The position numbers were made by a program, and so were the translations under genes. The notes under the pieces are model-generated. The model was not told where the DNA came from, searched no databases, and saw only the letters and a program-made list of their open reading frames with translations. This document shows positions 1-14,036 of a DNA stretch of 49,764 bases, one piece after another (position 1 is the stretch's first letter; the number at the start of each line of letters is the position of its first letter). This DNA is from Blastocystis sp. subtype 4. Taxonomy: Eukaryota. The stretch spans positions 1-49,764 of the forward strand of contig NW_014569507.1 of the NCBI RefSeq assembly GCF_000743755.1. Direction: 5' to 3'.

Positions 1-49
1 TCATCGGCATGACACGCTTCGAGATCACTCCAGGAACAGATGCCAGCAT
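1..49 (-). CDS. Possible 5' end of a gene running off the window
   Basis: ATG at 49 opens MLASVPGVISKRVMPM to the window edge, which resembles a targeting presequence. An upstream in-frame ATG lies at 76. It is divergent from the next gene. Confidence 0.3.
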   Translation of the reverse strand, partial: MLASVPGVISKRVMPM

Positions 50-151
50 TCTAACAACTTGATTCTGTTTTCCCATCAATTGGAGAAATGGAGAAACATC
101 ATTTCCACCTCGATTGTCTTTTTTATTTAGGAGTGTTGTTGGTAATAGGTG

Positions 152-747
152 ATGAATTCGAAGACAACGATTTGGTCCAATAACACGGTAATTCCACCAT
201 CGATCTTCGAGTGTGTTGTCTCAAAAGTGTATCGGAGTAATGTATTCTCTACAGAGAGTTTCCAGTTTATCAGTTCGTTGAATCTAAAGAGTATTGTTTA
301 TCTTGCCGAGGAGAAACTGAATGAAGATGTGATTTCATTCTGTGATTATCACAGAATCAAGATTGTTAGTTGAATGTGTGGATTGCAACTCTAGTTCACT
401 CTTGATTGCAGAAGTGTTCATAAAGATGACTGGAAACCAATTTCTGAAGACAATGTTAAGAAAGCTATTGAATATATATTAAATCCAGAGAATGTTCCCG
501 TTTTGGTAATGTGCAAGTATTGGTTGTTCTTCAAGAATAACCGTTAGAGATGGTGTAAAATATTCTGGAATTGTGATTGCGTGTCTGCGAAAGTGCTTTC
601 ATTGGTGTTTTACAAGTATCATTCAGGAAGTAAGAAGTGGGAAGTGAGTAATAACATAGTATCGACGTGAAGCTCATGATGCTCCTACCAATCCCAACGC
701 AGAACTGTTCATTGAACTCTTTTCTCCTGATCTCGTTTCTCTTCTCT
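152..747 (+). CDS. Siw14/OCA-family (PFA-DSP) phosphatase-like protein, probably inactive; stop probably completed by poly(A)
   Basis: Motifs IPPSIFECVVSKVYRS, LNLKSIVYL, WKPISED, ILNPENVPVLVMC, GIVIACLRK and ELFIELF. Introns at 365-394, 517-547 and 630-659. An in-frame T at 747 is followed by 4 nt and then TGTTTGGA. Confidence 0.85.
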
Positions 748-795
748 CATCTGTTTGGAGTAAACAAACAGTATTTACATACATAAACAGCAAAT

Positions 796-2748
796 TTAGA
801 AAAGAGAATCATTCACATCAAGATCAAAATCCAGCTCAAAATTCATATCACTCCAGTTCATATGATGACCTTCACAAGCATCCTTTGTTCCATTCGTCAC
901 CATTTTCTTCGCATCCTCAATCAGAGGTACAAGTGAGCTATAAGGACGTTGTCCAGCCTTCTCCATTCGATTCTCAAAATCGATAACCTTTTCATATAAG
1001 CCACGCTTATAGCAATCCATAATTAGATACAAATATGTTGAATATGAAACATCACCCCAAGCAGCTAAGAATCTTTCAACATCATCCCATTGATTACGCT
1101 CTGCTAACAGCTTCACAATTGGTTCATAATGATAGTGAGAAGTATCAACAGTTGTAGAGGCTCTGACTTCATTCAGAATTGCAACTGCTTTCTCTAACTG
1201 ACCACAACGAGAATACAGATCAATCATGGAATGGTAAAAGAAGGAGGTTTTTTCAATACCACACTGCTTGAAGTGTTCAATACAAGCTTCACCTCGTTCT
1301 AAATCACCACACAATCCACATGCCAGAATGAGTTTGGCATAGCTAGATGCATCAGGCTGATAATGGTCTTCAATCATATCAGAAAAGATTTGGAATGCAT
1401 CATTCAAGCAACCAGCATTGCCAGCCGCTAGGATGAGAGCTTCATATGTGTATCGATTAGGACGTTTACAATCATGTTCAGTCATAGGACAGGATCGCAT
1501 GTAATCAAACATAGTCAAAGCATCTTCATAATTCTTAGCTTTGCTACAAGTGGCTATAAAGGCTGTGAGAATGTACTGATTAGCCTCAACACCATCATGC
1601 TTCATACACTTCAAGAATCGTTTTGCTTGCTCAACATCACCAATCTTTGCACAACATGACATCAGAGATGTGTAAGCATGTTGACCCACTACGTACGAGC
1701 GATGGCTTAATTCAGAATGAAAATCGACAGCAATCTTCAATTTGTAATGGTTCTCAAGATGAGGTGCTTTTGCAATTCCAGAAAACAAAGCATTTGTACA
1801 TACAGCACGAGCTGGAAGGGGACCTTTTGTTAAATCTGTCAGTAACATCTGGAGATAAGTCTTGGATGGAGCAATAGGATAACATGCAGCCATCAATGAG
1901 GATATGGTGTATTCATCGGGATTGATGGAATACTGCTCCATGTTCTGACGCATGCGGAAAGCTTCTAATGGGAGTGCTTTTCGTGCATAATAATCAATCA
2001 CGATGTTAAATACATAGCTATTCAGATCGATGCCATGAGAAATCATCTTCTTTAAAAGACTCTCAGCTTCTGATGGTACATCAGCTGCTAAGCAGGAACG
2101 GATGAGAATGGACATTGTATGACGATCTGGCATAATATTCTCTTCAATCATGGTTCGGTAAACATCAAAGGCCTTGTTCTTGTTCTTAAACTCCTCACAC
2201 TTCTTCAGATACACATTAAACATCATAACATCGGGATTCAAACCACGTCGTTTTACTTCCTGCATTACTAAGGAAGAGAGTTGTAATGAGTTGCAAGATT
2301 GAATGACTTTCGTATAGTCACGAATATCGAGTTCATAAGGCAAGGAAAGGAGCTCTAACACTTTCGCTTGCAGATCCTCACTTTTTCCTTTTCCAGCTAT
2401 AATACTATTAAGTAGACTTTCCTTCTTGTTTCGAAGACTGGACGGGTTGAAACGGGCATTATGCTTCTTTCCTTGTGAAGCAGGCTTCTTCTCCTGACTC
2501 TTTGGAGTGAATTCAGGAACCTTTTCAACCCCACTATATGTGAAAAATTCAAATTATACTAACCACATAGACGAAAAGGATGTCATTGCATGCGTCTTCT
2601 GCTGCGGAATTGTTGATCCAACAGCCACACTGTATTGCTTAATTCCATTGATCGTCGGTTTGATTCCTTTTCCCAAAGCACTGGCAATCACCGGAGTTCG
2701 AATCAGTTGCTTTGGGATTCGAGCGAACTTCAAACTAACAGCTTCCAT
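796..2748 (-). CDS. Pentatricopeptide repeat (PPR) protein with a likely organellar targeting peptide
   Basis: Tandem ~35-aa repeats such as PDVMMFNVYL, NSYVFNIVIDYYAR, AYTSLMSCCAKIGD and PNRYTYEALILAAGNAG. A 30-nt intron at 2534-2563 joins the basic N-terminus MEAVSLKFARIPKQLIR. An alternative ATG lies at 2811. Confidence 0.9.
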
Positions 2749-3015
2749 AGTTTTGTTATACGCTCTGATAACCAAAAGTGAAGAGAGAATGGGGAAATGG
2801 GGAAACTCCATGTTCTATTCAATTCGATCTTCGTTTTTGTTTGCTGATATCAGATTTGTTAGAAAAGAGTTTCATATTTTTAGGATGATGGTTTGAAGCG
2901 ATGTACAATGTGATCCCTCAATAGACGTAGAAACAAAGTATCCTTTCCTAATTCGTTCAAAATCATCACTTTCATAACATGAACCTGAAAAGGCTTAATC
3001 ATTCAATTCATCGTG

Positions 3016-5322
3016 ATGTTGTCAAAAGTTCGAAAAATCATCGTATATAGTATTGTAGAAGGGAATGATTTATGTAGAATCCTCAACAGGTGAAGATAGC
3101 GGTAAAGGTCCTAAAGCGTCTGAAATCAAATAATGCAACCGTCAAAGAAAGCGAAAAGATTGTGAAAGAAACCGTAAAAGAGGTAAGTTGTGTCCTTGTG
3201 TGGATTCGCTATTGGTCGAGCGTAATCTTACTTGGATATAGATGAAACCCAACACAAAAGTACAAACACAAATTCCTCCTAAGCCTGTCACGAATTCTGT
3301 TGGAAATGGTGTAAAGCAGGCACAGCCAACAAAGAAGAAATCGATGGGAGCAGGAACGAAAGTAGTAATAGCTACTCTTGTTGGTCTGCCTGTTGTCATT
3401 CTCGGTGGAATGAAGTGGATTTGAAGGATGATTATTATACTAGGTTGTCTCCAGATTTCTTTTACCGTTGTGAGAGAGAGTATCCGCGTGCCGTTGACTT
3501 TGTGCGTCGATATATTCCATTGAATTGGCCAGAAAAGAAGGATCCCATTGAGAAGAACGATTTTACGATTTCTATGAGTTCAAAGGAATTGGAATCCGAA
3601 GTGACTCAGATCCTTCAGAATGTGGAAGCATCGTTAGCTGAGGACGAAGTAGAGAGTTATGAGGATGTGGAGAATTCGGATATGGAAGAAGTTGATTTTG
3701 ACGTTGATCATGCGTTGGCTGTGTTGGCTTTGGCTCGAAAAGCAATGGAGGAAGAGAAGGAATCTTGTGAAGAGGCCCCCGAATCGTGTGAAGAGGAATC
3801 CGAGTCATTTGAGAACGTGGAAGAATCGGAAGCAATCCCAGAAGCTGAGAAGATTTGTGATGTAGTTCCTTGTGAGATACAAGAGGAGAGCCCTGTGGAA
3901 GAAGCTACAGAGGAATGTGAATCACAAGAATTAGATGAGAGTTCTTCATCTACTGATATTTCCGAAATAGCCACGGAATCTGGAAACAGTGGCGAACCCA
4001 CACAGAACCATGTAGAACCACCAGAGACTCTGGATGTAGTTATCTATTAAACTGCTCATATCTAGACCACGATTCTGGAACGTGTTGAAAACACCATTTT
4101 GGAGACTGTAACTCCCATCACAGCAGAATTGTCTGCTTCACTCTCTTCCTCTCTCTCTGAAGATTTGCGTCAGAAACTGCTCTCGTTACAACAGCAGGTA
4201 CGTCAGCTCTCTGTAAGCGAATCCAGGAGATTGTATGAAGCTCTGATGGAGCAGAAAAGAGAGCTGGAGAAGGAATTCGAACTGCGGATTCAGGAACGAA
4301 AGAAGGAAGTGGAGACAGAAGAGAATCAGAAGTCTATAGAACGCGTGAAGACACAGGAAGATCGGATCCGAGGCCGATTTGAGGCTGGAATTGCCAAGAT
4401 GGATGTTAGTTTGAAAGAGTGAAATCATGAGTAGAAACTGTTCCATCAATCCCAGGAAGAATGTGAATTGGAATCACAAGAAGATGGTGAGGCTGAGAGA
4501 GAAAGAATGAGAGAGAGAGTAGAGGAAGAGTGGGCCGTTCTCACTCAATCACATCTCCAACAAATTCTGAGAGAAGCTTCGGAAATGCGAGAAATTCGAA
4601 CAGAAGTGGATTTTATGAAGAAGTATCAGAAATAGGAAATGAATCGACATCAAGCCGTTCTTCAATTGTTAGCTGAGAAAAACCGCGAGAATTTGGAGTC
4701 ATTAGAGGAGGCAGAAAAGAATCAGGAATTCCAGAAAAGTGTCATTAGTTTACAACAGGCCGTATTGGAAGGAAAACCTCTGGAAACACCCATCAGCGAA
4801 CTGGTAAGATGTGGTGTTTGTGTACTGAGTTTAGAAGAAGCAGAGTTTGAATGATCCTATTATACTTCACATCCTTGGGAATATTCCAGAGTCTAGTCTT
4901 CAGAGTGGGGTTCATTCAACTGCATATTTCTATGCATCGTAGGGGAGCGACTGATTGCTGTTGAAATAGATTCAACCAGCTGCTTCATGATGCTCGTGTT
5001 GCTGCCAAAGTACCAGCTAACTCGGGTTTGGCAGGTCAGTTGTTGGGACGAACAGTGGTAGCCTTGATGGGAACTGAAGGCGTGAGTGAAGACGATCCAT
5101 TAGTGCGTCTGGAGGCCATGAGAAAATGTCTGTTGAGGTGAGAATGAGAGATGGAGGTGATGGGATAGAGGTGATTTACAAGAAGCATATGAGATTGGAA
5201 GTACACTTGGGAATGGAGCAGGTGAAGTGTTAGCATCATGGTTAGGAGAAGTAGAAGATGCCCTTCAAGTAGAGAAAGCAATGAAAGAATTGATACTTCA
5301 TATCAAACGGAATGAATTCTAA
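3016..5322 (+). CDS. MIC60: Mitofilin / MICOS subunit MIC60
   Basis: Basic presequence MLSKVRKII, one TM segment (VVIATLVGLPVVILGG), an acidic region and coiled coils. The C-terminal mitofilin-like domain reads FNQLLHDARVAAKVPANSGLAGQLLG...GDLQEAYEIGSTL...LASWLGEVEDALQVEKAMKEL. Multiple short introns; TAA at 5320-5322. Confidence 0.8.
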
Positions 5323-5353
5323 TGTAAGTGTTTAGAATTATCAAACAATCATT

Positions 5354-8300
5354 TCAAACTGCATTTATCGTACAATCATCACATAACACTTCACTAGTAT
5401 CAACTTGTTTCTTACATCCACCATTGCTACACATCACATCAATATCTCTATCCTACGTCTTCTCTTCCTTCTTCTTTCTCTTCTTCTTTGATGGATTCTT
5501 AACAGTTGATGGATCACGATTTCGATTCTTCTCCTTTTTACTACCGAATACGTACAAATGATACATTTCTGAAGAATAAAACTACTATTTATGGAATGCC
5601 AAAAATCTTACATGTTTCTGGAATCGATACAGAAGTACACATAACATGCTTTCACACACAATACACACACATTCCCACAATACTCCCAGAGGTGCTCCAT
5701 ACACATAAGAATTCTTCAAAGATCGTCGAATAACCGCGGTTATCCCTTCTACAAACAACTCTGCTCCAGCTGCACTCACTACGAGGAGATATTGTGTCTG
5801 CGTATTCACTGGAACGAACCAACCAATTATCGTGCAGATTATGGCAATTCCAATTAATGTATAGAAAACTGATCTATTTGTGAATTCCAGAAATAGGGCC
5901 TACATTAGCAAATATTTCCCTTTCAGAACAATAATGTCCGTGATGAGTCGAATCAACCAGACTGAGGCCAGGAGCAACACATTTCCACAGAAGATATGAA
6001 TGGCAATCTTCGATCCACAACGGAGAACCAAATGACTTAGCAACAACGATACAACAATACAACCGAATTCGATACAACATCTCCATAATTGATTTGATTT
6101 CTGGAATTCCTCAAAGCTGATTGAAATTACAACATAGTAGAGAATGAAGGAGAAAAATGAGGCATTGAAGGAAAGGACAGAATAGTACAGATTTCGGTAC
6201 CCAACCGAACTGATATAAATACCCACGATAATTGGAATAATAAGGAATAAGACAGAAGATTCGTTAATTTGACTCAAAATGGTTAGTGGCTGTAAGGAAT
6301 AAGCTTGAATGACCATTTCTGAGTCAATACATCCACAGTAGTAATTCTGGAACGAATCACGGATCAATCCTGATGGAATCTGAATGGTGTAACTGTCGCG
6401 AAATTCGAATGAGGAACCCAGAGGGAACCGAATCTGTTTATTATCCAGAATCAGATCCTTTTTGGGAATCTACAAATAATGGAAGATTTCTGTCATTACA
6501 ATATAATGAGCTGAAATACGAGGATGAGATACAAGAATGGATTGAGCAGTCTGGAAATCTGAAATCTGTACCTGCTTGTTGAATTCCAGAATTAGGATAG
6601 GTTTTATAACTTTGTCAAAGGAGACAGCAACAGCTCTCCAGGAGACAATAATTGTCTGTTTTTCCACCACAATGGATTCAGTTAAATCTCCCGCCAATTC
6701 ATTTCCTGCCAGATCTGTAATCAGTTGATGAGGAACTCGAACTGATACACGACCATTGTGAATGGCTCTTGCAAGTAGAGAAAAACTAGGAATAATGAGA
6801 ATGAGTATCAGCTTACCGATCACTGGCCACCATCGCATCTTCCACCTCACCATTATCAACCTCAATACAATCTCCAGAACTCCCAACTGAACAAACCATA
6901 CTCATCAAACGTTCTTGAGTCACTAGACGTACATTGTCAATCAGTGACAATTGTGGGTTGTACAGAAACAGAATTGACTCTGATAGCTCAAATGTGAACC
7001 AAATCCTATCCCCGTTGGTACGCTCTTCATGAGGCGATGATGCGAGCAATGAAGGTCGCATGGAATCTAATGATCAAGACTCAAGCATTTGACATACCAT
7101 GGGTGATACAGAAGGAGAGAGGAAGTGGATTTGGCAAATGATTCTTCGAACTAATAAATGTGTCTATTTCTGACATTCCAAAAATAGTCCCTACTTTTGA
7201 GAATATCCACACAGACCTGTCCTTGAACAGTAGCCTTAATTGTGAAGTCATAGTAATATGTCTCAATTCCCGTGGTATGATTATAGGCAGTATGAACTTC
7301 AGGATCCAATGATACCAAAAAGCCGTTTTTGACGACAAAGTCTTCCAGAGCAATATGAGTGAGAGGATGTGTAGAATGGAGCTGACATTCAATAGTGCTG
7401 TTGGAAGTGAGAGGAAGAAGTGGACTTGTGATTGCTAGAGAGAAGTCAGATGCATCAATTGTAAGAGAGAGTGGAGTACTCCGAACATTTGTAGCACCAG
7501 CTACATCAGCAGCAATACGTTCAGGAGCCACACAACGCATCGATAGAGCCGGATCTAAGAATGAATGGAATCTCTCTCCAGTACTCATTAACTGATTTGG
7601 TATCATATCAAACTGAAACACACGACTTGTAAGCATGAATCCATTCATCACAAGACAATTCTCGCATATGATCTCACTAATCTATGGATCAATCTCAGTT
7701 CGATTGCTCACATGTACATCAATCACATCACGTGTGAATACACCCACGATTCTGTGTGTGAACATGTAGAGACCACCTGGACTCAAATCCCATAATACCA
7801 AACTAGGTCGATTTCGTTCATATCCAAAATCAACTCTTATTTCGTCATTGTTTCTTGCGCCAGCAACCGAACATACCGAATATGCACTAATCTGAATAGT
7901 TTTCCATCCACTGCTATCTCCATCCAAATACAGAACGCACTCTGTGGAAAATGAATTTCCAGAATTCATAATGATTTGGGTTATTTGGAGTCCCATAAGT
8001 AGAAACAAACCTGAATCACACGCTTTCAACACTTGGTCGAAGTGAACATGAGCCGTGATGTATCGATCAATCAAGCCACTCTGACTGGAATCCTCCTCCC
8101 ACGATACTGGAGGCTGTTTGATTTGTATGAAGGGAGTTTCATCGACATAAATCTGGACATTTATTTGATTATCCACAAATCGAGATAATTCTGTCACTAC
8201 ACCCAAATACGTTTCATTTCCATCAGATCCAATCATGAATGCGGTGACCACACAATAGATCAATGAAGGCTCTGTTGGTGATACTGAGATAAGGACTTGA

Positions 8301-11300
8301 TTGGTGTTGTGTATGGTGAGAGTCGTTGGGAGAACAGTCACGGTGGTGGTGACAGCATAGCAAGTGATATTCAAGCGATAATCATATTGAAGAGATGAAT
8401 CGAATATCCCAGAGATAAACACGTTAGGGACGAGTAGAGTCAGTATGATAGACACAGGTGAATGAAGTGTTTCATGATGTGTTGCTGTTAGAGTGAAGAG
8501 TGAGTATGTTTCTACAAGTGATGACTATGGTGGGGTACCTACGAAGAGTTACACTCAACTCTAAGTCAGTCTTCATAGTATTTCCTGCTTCATCAACAAT
8601 TGCTTCTTTGGGGACATGCAGAACTGTTGAATCTTTTCCTGATAACTGGATTCGCAAAATAAACCTGAATTTCATCCTTTTCCAAAAATATGTACATTAC
8701 ATCAAATTCCGAAAATACTTCCATTATTTGTCCTTCCCTAATTTGCACCAATTTCAGATTCTTCAAAAAGTTCGTCTTCTCGGATGCTTGGAGAATAAGA
8801 GTGATTGATGGAATGATGGAATGACTGAAGGAAGCAACCTGATGAAGAGTTGGAGATTGAACATCGTAAATGACTGATAAGGGTTCAATCTCTGGATATG
8901 GAGACCCATCTGTGATCGTATGCAGACAGTCTAAATGTGATCATGAGAGAACATAAAAAACCCTTCATTAAAGTGAAAGAGAATAAAGACTCAGACTGTG
9001 GATACAGTGTGATAAAAAAGTGTGGATTCTCTCCTGAGACTTGAATGTGTTGAATGTTTGTAGTGACAAAGCATGATTGATTCAGTGAATGAAGAGATGG
9101 CTGAAATGATAAGGTGAAAGTGAATGGATGGTTTATAATTCTCTTATTCTCTGAAGGGACTAACATCACAGAAGGTGACGTAGTATCTACTCAGTCAATT
9201 CATCATTCTATTCAAACCTCGAATCCATTTCAATTTAACATACCAACGATTATTCATGGTTCCATTCAACAATGTGACAACACCTTCCTCAATCCAAAAT
9301 TCAAAAACTCCTTCCTCATTCACATTCAAACACATGTCAACCACAGTCTGAGTACCCACACTCCCGACAACGAATTTAGCTAAGGAACACATGGAAGTGT
9401 GCACATCATCAGAATGAAGCTCTGTCACCAGACTAGGAGCTTGGAGACGACCACAAACATCATTTGTGTATACTATGTCCTCTTCATCAAATGTTGAAAC
9501 GAACGAAAACCGTGGTTCGGTTGCCACAATCTTAAATGCTTGGGATCCCAAACATGGTTGGTCTTGTTCTGAAATAGCAGCACCTCCTTTCACATAGACC
9601 CACATTGCTCCTGACTCTGCAAAACTGACATCAAATACACTATGTACAGAGGAATGCATACTCAGACTCACAGTGGCATGAATCCCGTCAGTTCTCCAGG
9701 AGAGGAGGGAAGAGGAATCCATTCCTCGCATCATTTCAGTAAAAGACACTCGAACACGATACTCAAACGGTGATTCTGTGGCCATGACTGAGATTTGAGG
9801 AAGAGGCCGTTTTGTTTCAGCATGGAGAATGATGGAAGGAAGATTCTCAATGTAGAGATTACTGGCGAGAAGAGATCCAACAGGAGGCTGTACGACAATT
9901 TCGGTGTCGTAAGGCGCAATTACCGCAACCACAAACTGAGTATTGGAAGAATAACTGGTTTCGATTGGGATCACAAGCAGACTGTTGGGGGCATTGACCC
10001 ATGAAGGGAAGAGAGAAATCACAACTCCATCACAAATCAGCTTCACTTCGTATACAACAACAGAACTCATCAACAGAACCGCTGAAGTCATGGAGCATGT
10101 GCTGGAGGTGGTAAGAGAGAGAGGAAACGAATAGGAAGTGGTGTACTGAATGATCAACTCATCCGAAGTAATGGAGTTGATTGATTTGAAAGTATGACTG
10201 AAGTCTACTCGAATCGTAGTTCTTACAAGAGATGTAGTGAGAGAAAGAATCAGACTGTTGGTGGATTCATCTTCTGTAAGAGAAACAACAGTAGAATTAG
10301 AGACAGAGAAGTCTTGAATTTTAGGAGTGATGGGAGATTCACACACAATATATACGACGATCAGCAATTCATTGACGAGTTGCTTTTGTGATAGAAACAG
10401 GCACATGTTGGGTGTACTTGGTACGACCACTTCCAATGAATCTGAAGCTACACTCACACGTCCCTCATCGTCAACAAAAGCACCAGCAGGAGCTGAAATT
10501 GTCAGTATTCCAGGGTACATAGGAGCTACATAGAATAACCATGTTGAGTCTCTCAGACAATGGAGATCGGTTAGAGTCCCATGTTTCACGACAATCATTG
10601 AATCATTTGCAGTTGACACAGGTGATGGAAATGTGAGAAGAACCTCAAATGAAGCTTGTGGTGAGGATTGAAGAATGAAAACAGGTTTAAAGATGATGGA
10701 ATCTTGATGTTTATTATCATGACAAAATTCGTACCTTTTTCTAGAATGACAGTATTACTCCGGATATTGGTATTACCACAAAGATCTTCAATCATGCCAT
10801 CACTGATCACCAATCTCACCTCTCCATCCTTCACACCATCAACAAGAAATGAATACTCCAGAGGATCATTCTCCTTCTGAAGGAGATTGGTAATTACAGC
10901 ATTGGTGGATGCTTCGAAGATACAACTTGTGAGACCAGAAATGACTTCAGTGAGTCTGAACGAACATTGAAGAGGCGATTGGATGATCTCAGTAGACTGA
11001 CAGCGAATCATCACTTGAGGCGATGTGACATCTATCAATCATGCTTCAGTCAATACATTACCATAATAGAAATGGAATTCAATGGGATCACTTGAGACTC
11101 CACTTGTGCTTGTTGCTACTCCTGCTGGGATCCCAACAATTCCTTCTCCTTCCTCCATCATATGAATGACTAAGCGAAGTATGCTCTCCTGAGAGGGAAC
11201 AACATCGATACACTCACAATTCACACATGAAATCCGTTCCTTCAATGGAATCATCGTGATTGGAGAATCATATTGAATGAGGAGAGGAATAGGATTATGA

Positions 11301-13818
11301 TTTGTGTATGGTTTTGTTAGTATCGTGGCTGTAGCAAGTGTGAGAGAGAGTGTAATTGAAAGGGTATTTGATCGAATATTGTGATAACCGTTATGGTCAG
11401 TTGTCACTGCTGCTGGAAGAGTAATGTTAATAACAGAAACAAATGGAGTCTGTGGGGATAGGTAAAGAAGAAAGGATTGAGGAGAAGACGGGTCAGAATC
11501 GGGAGTCATGGCAATCATTCCAACAACCAAACCACCTTCTATGGATAGAAGATTAGAAGTGAAATTTTGAATTGGATGAGAGAATGAGAGTGTGATTGAG
11601 AGTGGTGCTGGACAAGCGGTCATACAAGATGAAGTGAGAAATGGAATAGGTTGAGGTGTATTGTAGGAGGATACGAATGTAACAGATTCCTGGAGAGTAT
11701 TCCCACAATTGTCTGTTAGTGTTGTACCATTGAACTCTGTGGTGATTAGAAAATGGAAAAGGAGGACAATCAGTCATAGTCACTCATCACATCACAATAA
11801 TCAAGTCACTCATCACTCACCTTTCATCATAGTCACACTCCATGTCCCACAATTCATAGGATATACCAACAACCATCCCTGAGCCCCCTGATGAACGAGA
11901 GTATCCACAATCCCATTCTCCACATTCACAAATTTCCACATCTCCTCACTCTTCAGATCCACATTCACCGAAAACGAATATTCCACAAGGAATGGAGGTC
12001 TGAATCCTGTACTTGCTATAGTTACTGTCAATGGATTCCAACTATGGACAATACTAAAAACGACCGGATTATTGGAATATCCATTTTCAGCAACAATGAA
12101 TCCAGAATTTATGGTGAAAATGGTAATCTGATTGATAGGTACAGTAGCATAGAATCGATAGCGAGAACCAAGAGGATGAATATGGAACGAACAACCAGTG
12201 TCAGAAGTAACACGCCCTGTATCCATAGTATGCATCTCTCCCGTGACATTGAACTCGAAAGCTACACCTCGATACGATGAATAAAATGTTGTTTTTGGGA
12301 GTAGAATCTGAGGGATTGAGCAATCTTAGAATTTAGAAAATAATCATAGCAAATACCATAATGAACAGTTAGAACACCTGAAGCAAGATTCTGATTCAGA
12401 TATGTATCGAAAATAGTATTTGCCAAAATCTGAGCACTAATCTCTGATTGAAACTGAATCAGAGTTATGAGAAAACTATGAATGAATGAAGAGAATGATA
12501 TGAACCTGGATGATGAATCTCTTATGATGTTGGAAATATTCGCTCCTTGAACAGCAAGAACATTAGCATTGATACCTGGAATTACAGTTGTTGAGTTGAG
12601 AAGAAGAGTGATCTGACCACGTAAACATGCCTCTTGGTGTGTTGTAACCACAAATAGTGCCACTGGAAATGGAGATGAGTTGATTGCAATTTGCTGTTCT
12701 AATGATTCTTGAGAATGATTGCCACCATCATTCATTGCACAACCATATAACAGTTGGATGGATATAGAATCACTTGTATTGGAGGGAATATCAATCCAGA
12801 TCAGTACAATACTTTGATTCTGAGAGACATATACAATTGAATATGCTTTCACAGTTCCAGCAGATAAGCGAACATAATTAGGACGAAAAAATGCAACAGG
12901 AGAAGCGAATGTCAATTCACAGGAAATGAAAAACTGTTGAAACGCTGATAACTCTCTTGAGCAATGCATTTTACTTTCAAAGTCCGTTCCATTCGTTCGA
13001 TACATTGTTAACATATTTGATTTCTCATTGGGAGTATAGTTGATCGAATAGATCGTTCTTCTCTCCATCACAATCGAACATTGAGGTGCTAGCATGATTA
13101 CTTCTAACTGATAGGTATTTTCTGCATTTATCAAGATAAGTGAACATCCTGAAGCAATAAAATCTCTCGACTCCACTTGCGTTTGCGGTACTTCTCCAAA
13201 CTCAACTACAATCATAGGGTTCCCTTGTTGGGACACAAATCCAGTCTTCTTCAAAGTAACAGAAAAATAGTCTCTAGATGTAGAACCTAAAATATTAATT
13301 ATCAAATAAAAGCAAACCAAAAGAAAGAAAGGAAAGAGTGACCGGATTACTCAACGATTCTTCCAAACTGTCTATTTCTTCACAACAATCTGAGTAAACG
13401 AATTGATATTTCATCTTTACAGATGATATAAATAAACAAGCATTCTGCATACTCCTCAGCAGCCCGATTGAAGTATTCTTCCCTGAGGGAGTAACAAAAA
13501 CATGTTCACAATTAAAAGGACATTTCAAATCTTCATTATGGACTTGGAGAATGGAACTTGATGAGTCACTCATCAAATGTCCATCCAGTACGATTCCATT
13601 TGTAGAGTCTATCAATGAAAAACGAAAACTAACACCAGACAAGCAAAGGATAACAGTAACAAGAACGACAGGAAAAGTGCTCGCACTTTCCTATTCGTCA
13701 TGTTTTCTTCTATCCTCATCAATACACTTTGAACAAGATTTGAACTGTATTCGGATTCACAATAGAAGAAACACGACAAGAACGGGAATAGCAGGATATT
13801 CGCACAGGATTGAGCCAT
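5354..13818 (-). CDS. Very large multi-exon membrane protein with tandem bacterial Ig-like (Big_12-like) beta-sandwich repeats and C-terminal TM segments; 5' end uncertain, may be more than one gene
   Basis: Same-strand ORFs are separated by intron-sized gaps. Recurrent ~100-aa units end in LITDLAGNEL, AIVDEAGNTM, AFVDDEGRVS, MIEDLCGNTN, VTTDHNGYHN and AMNDGGNHS. Hydrophobic helices lie at about 5600-6300. The spliced 3' end reaches TGA at 5356-5354, followed by TGTTTGAT. Not every internal junction was checked. Confidence 0.65.
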
Positions 13819-14036
13819 CTTATGGGTTCATACAAACATCATGAGAGAAATATGAACAATCGTTTTCCACTTATAGGATGATGGGAAATACCTGTTGCAA
13901 GGTAATACTTGAATAACTAGTACTTCGTGTGTTTCCGTGATTTGGTTTTCCATTCAAATATTCCACTAGACTAGTACTATCTAAATAACAATGAAAACTC
14001 TTTCGAATTTAGCTTCTTCTCATTCATGTTTTTATA

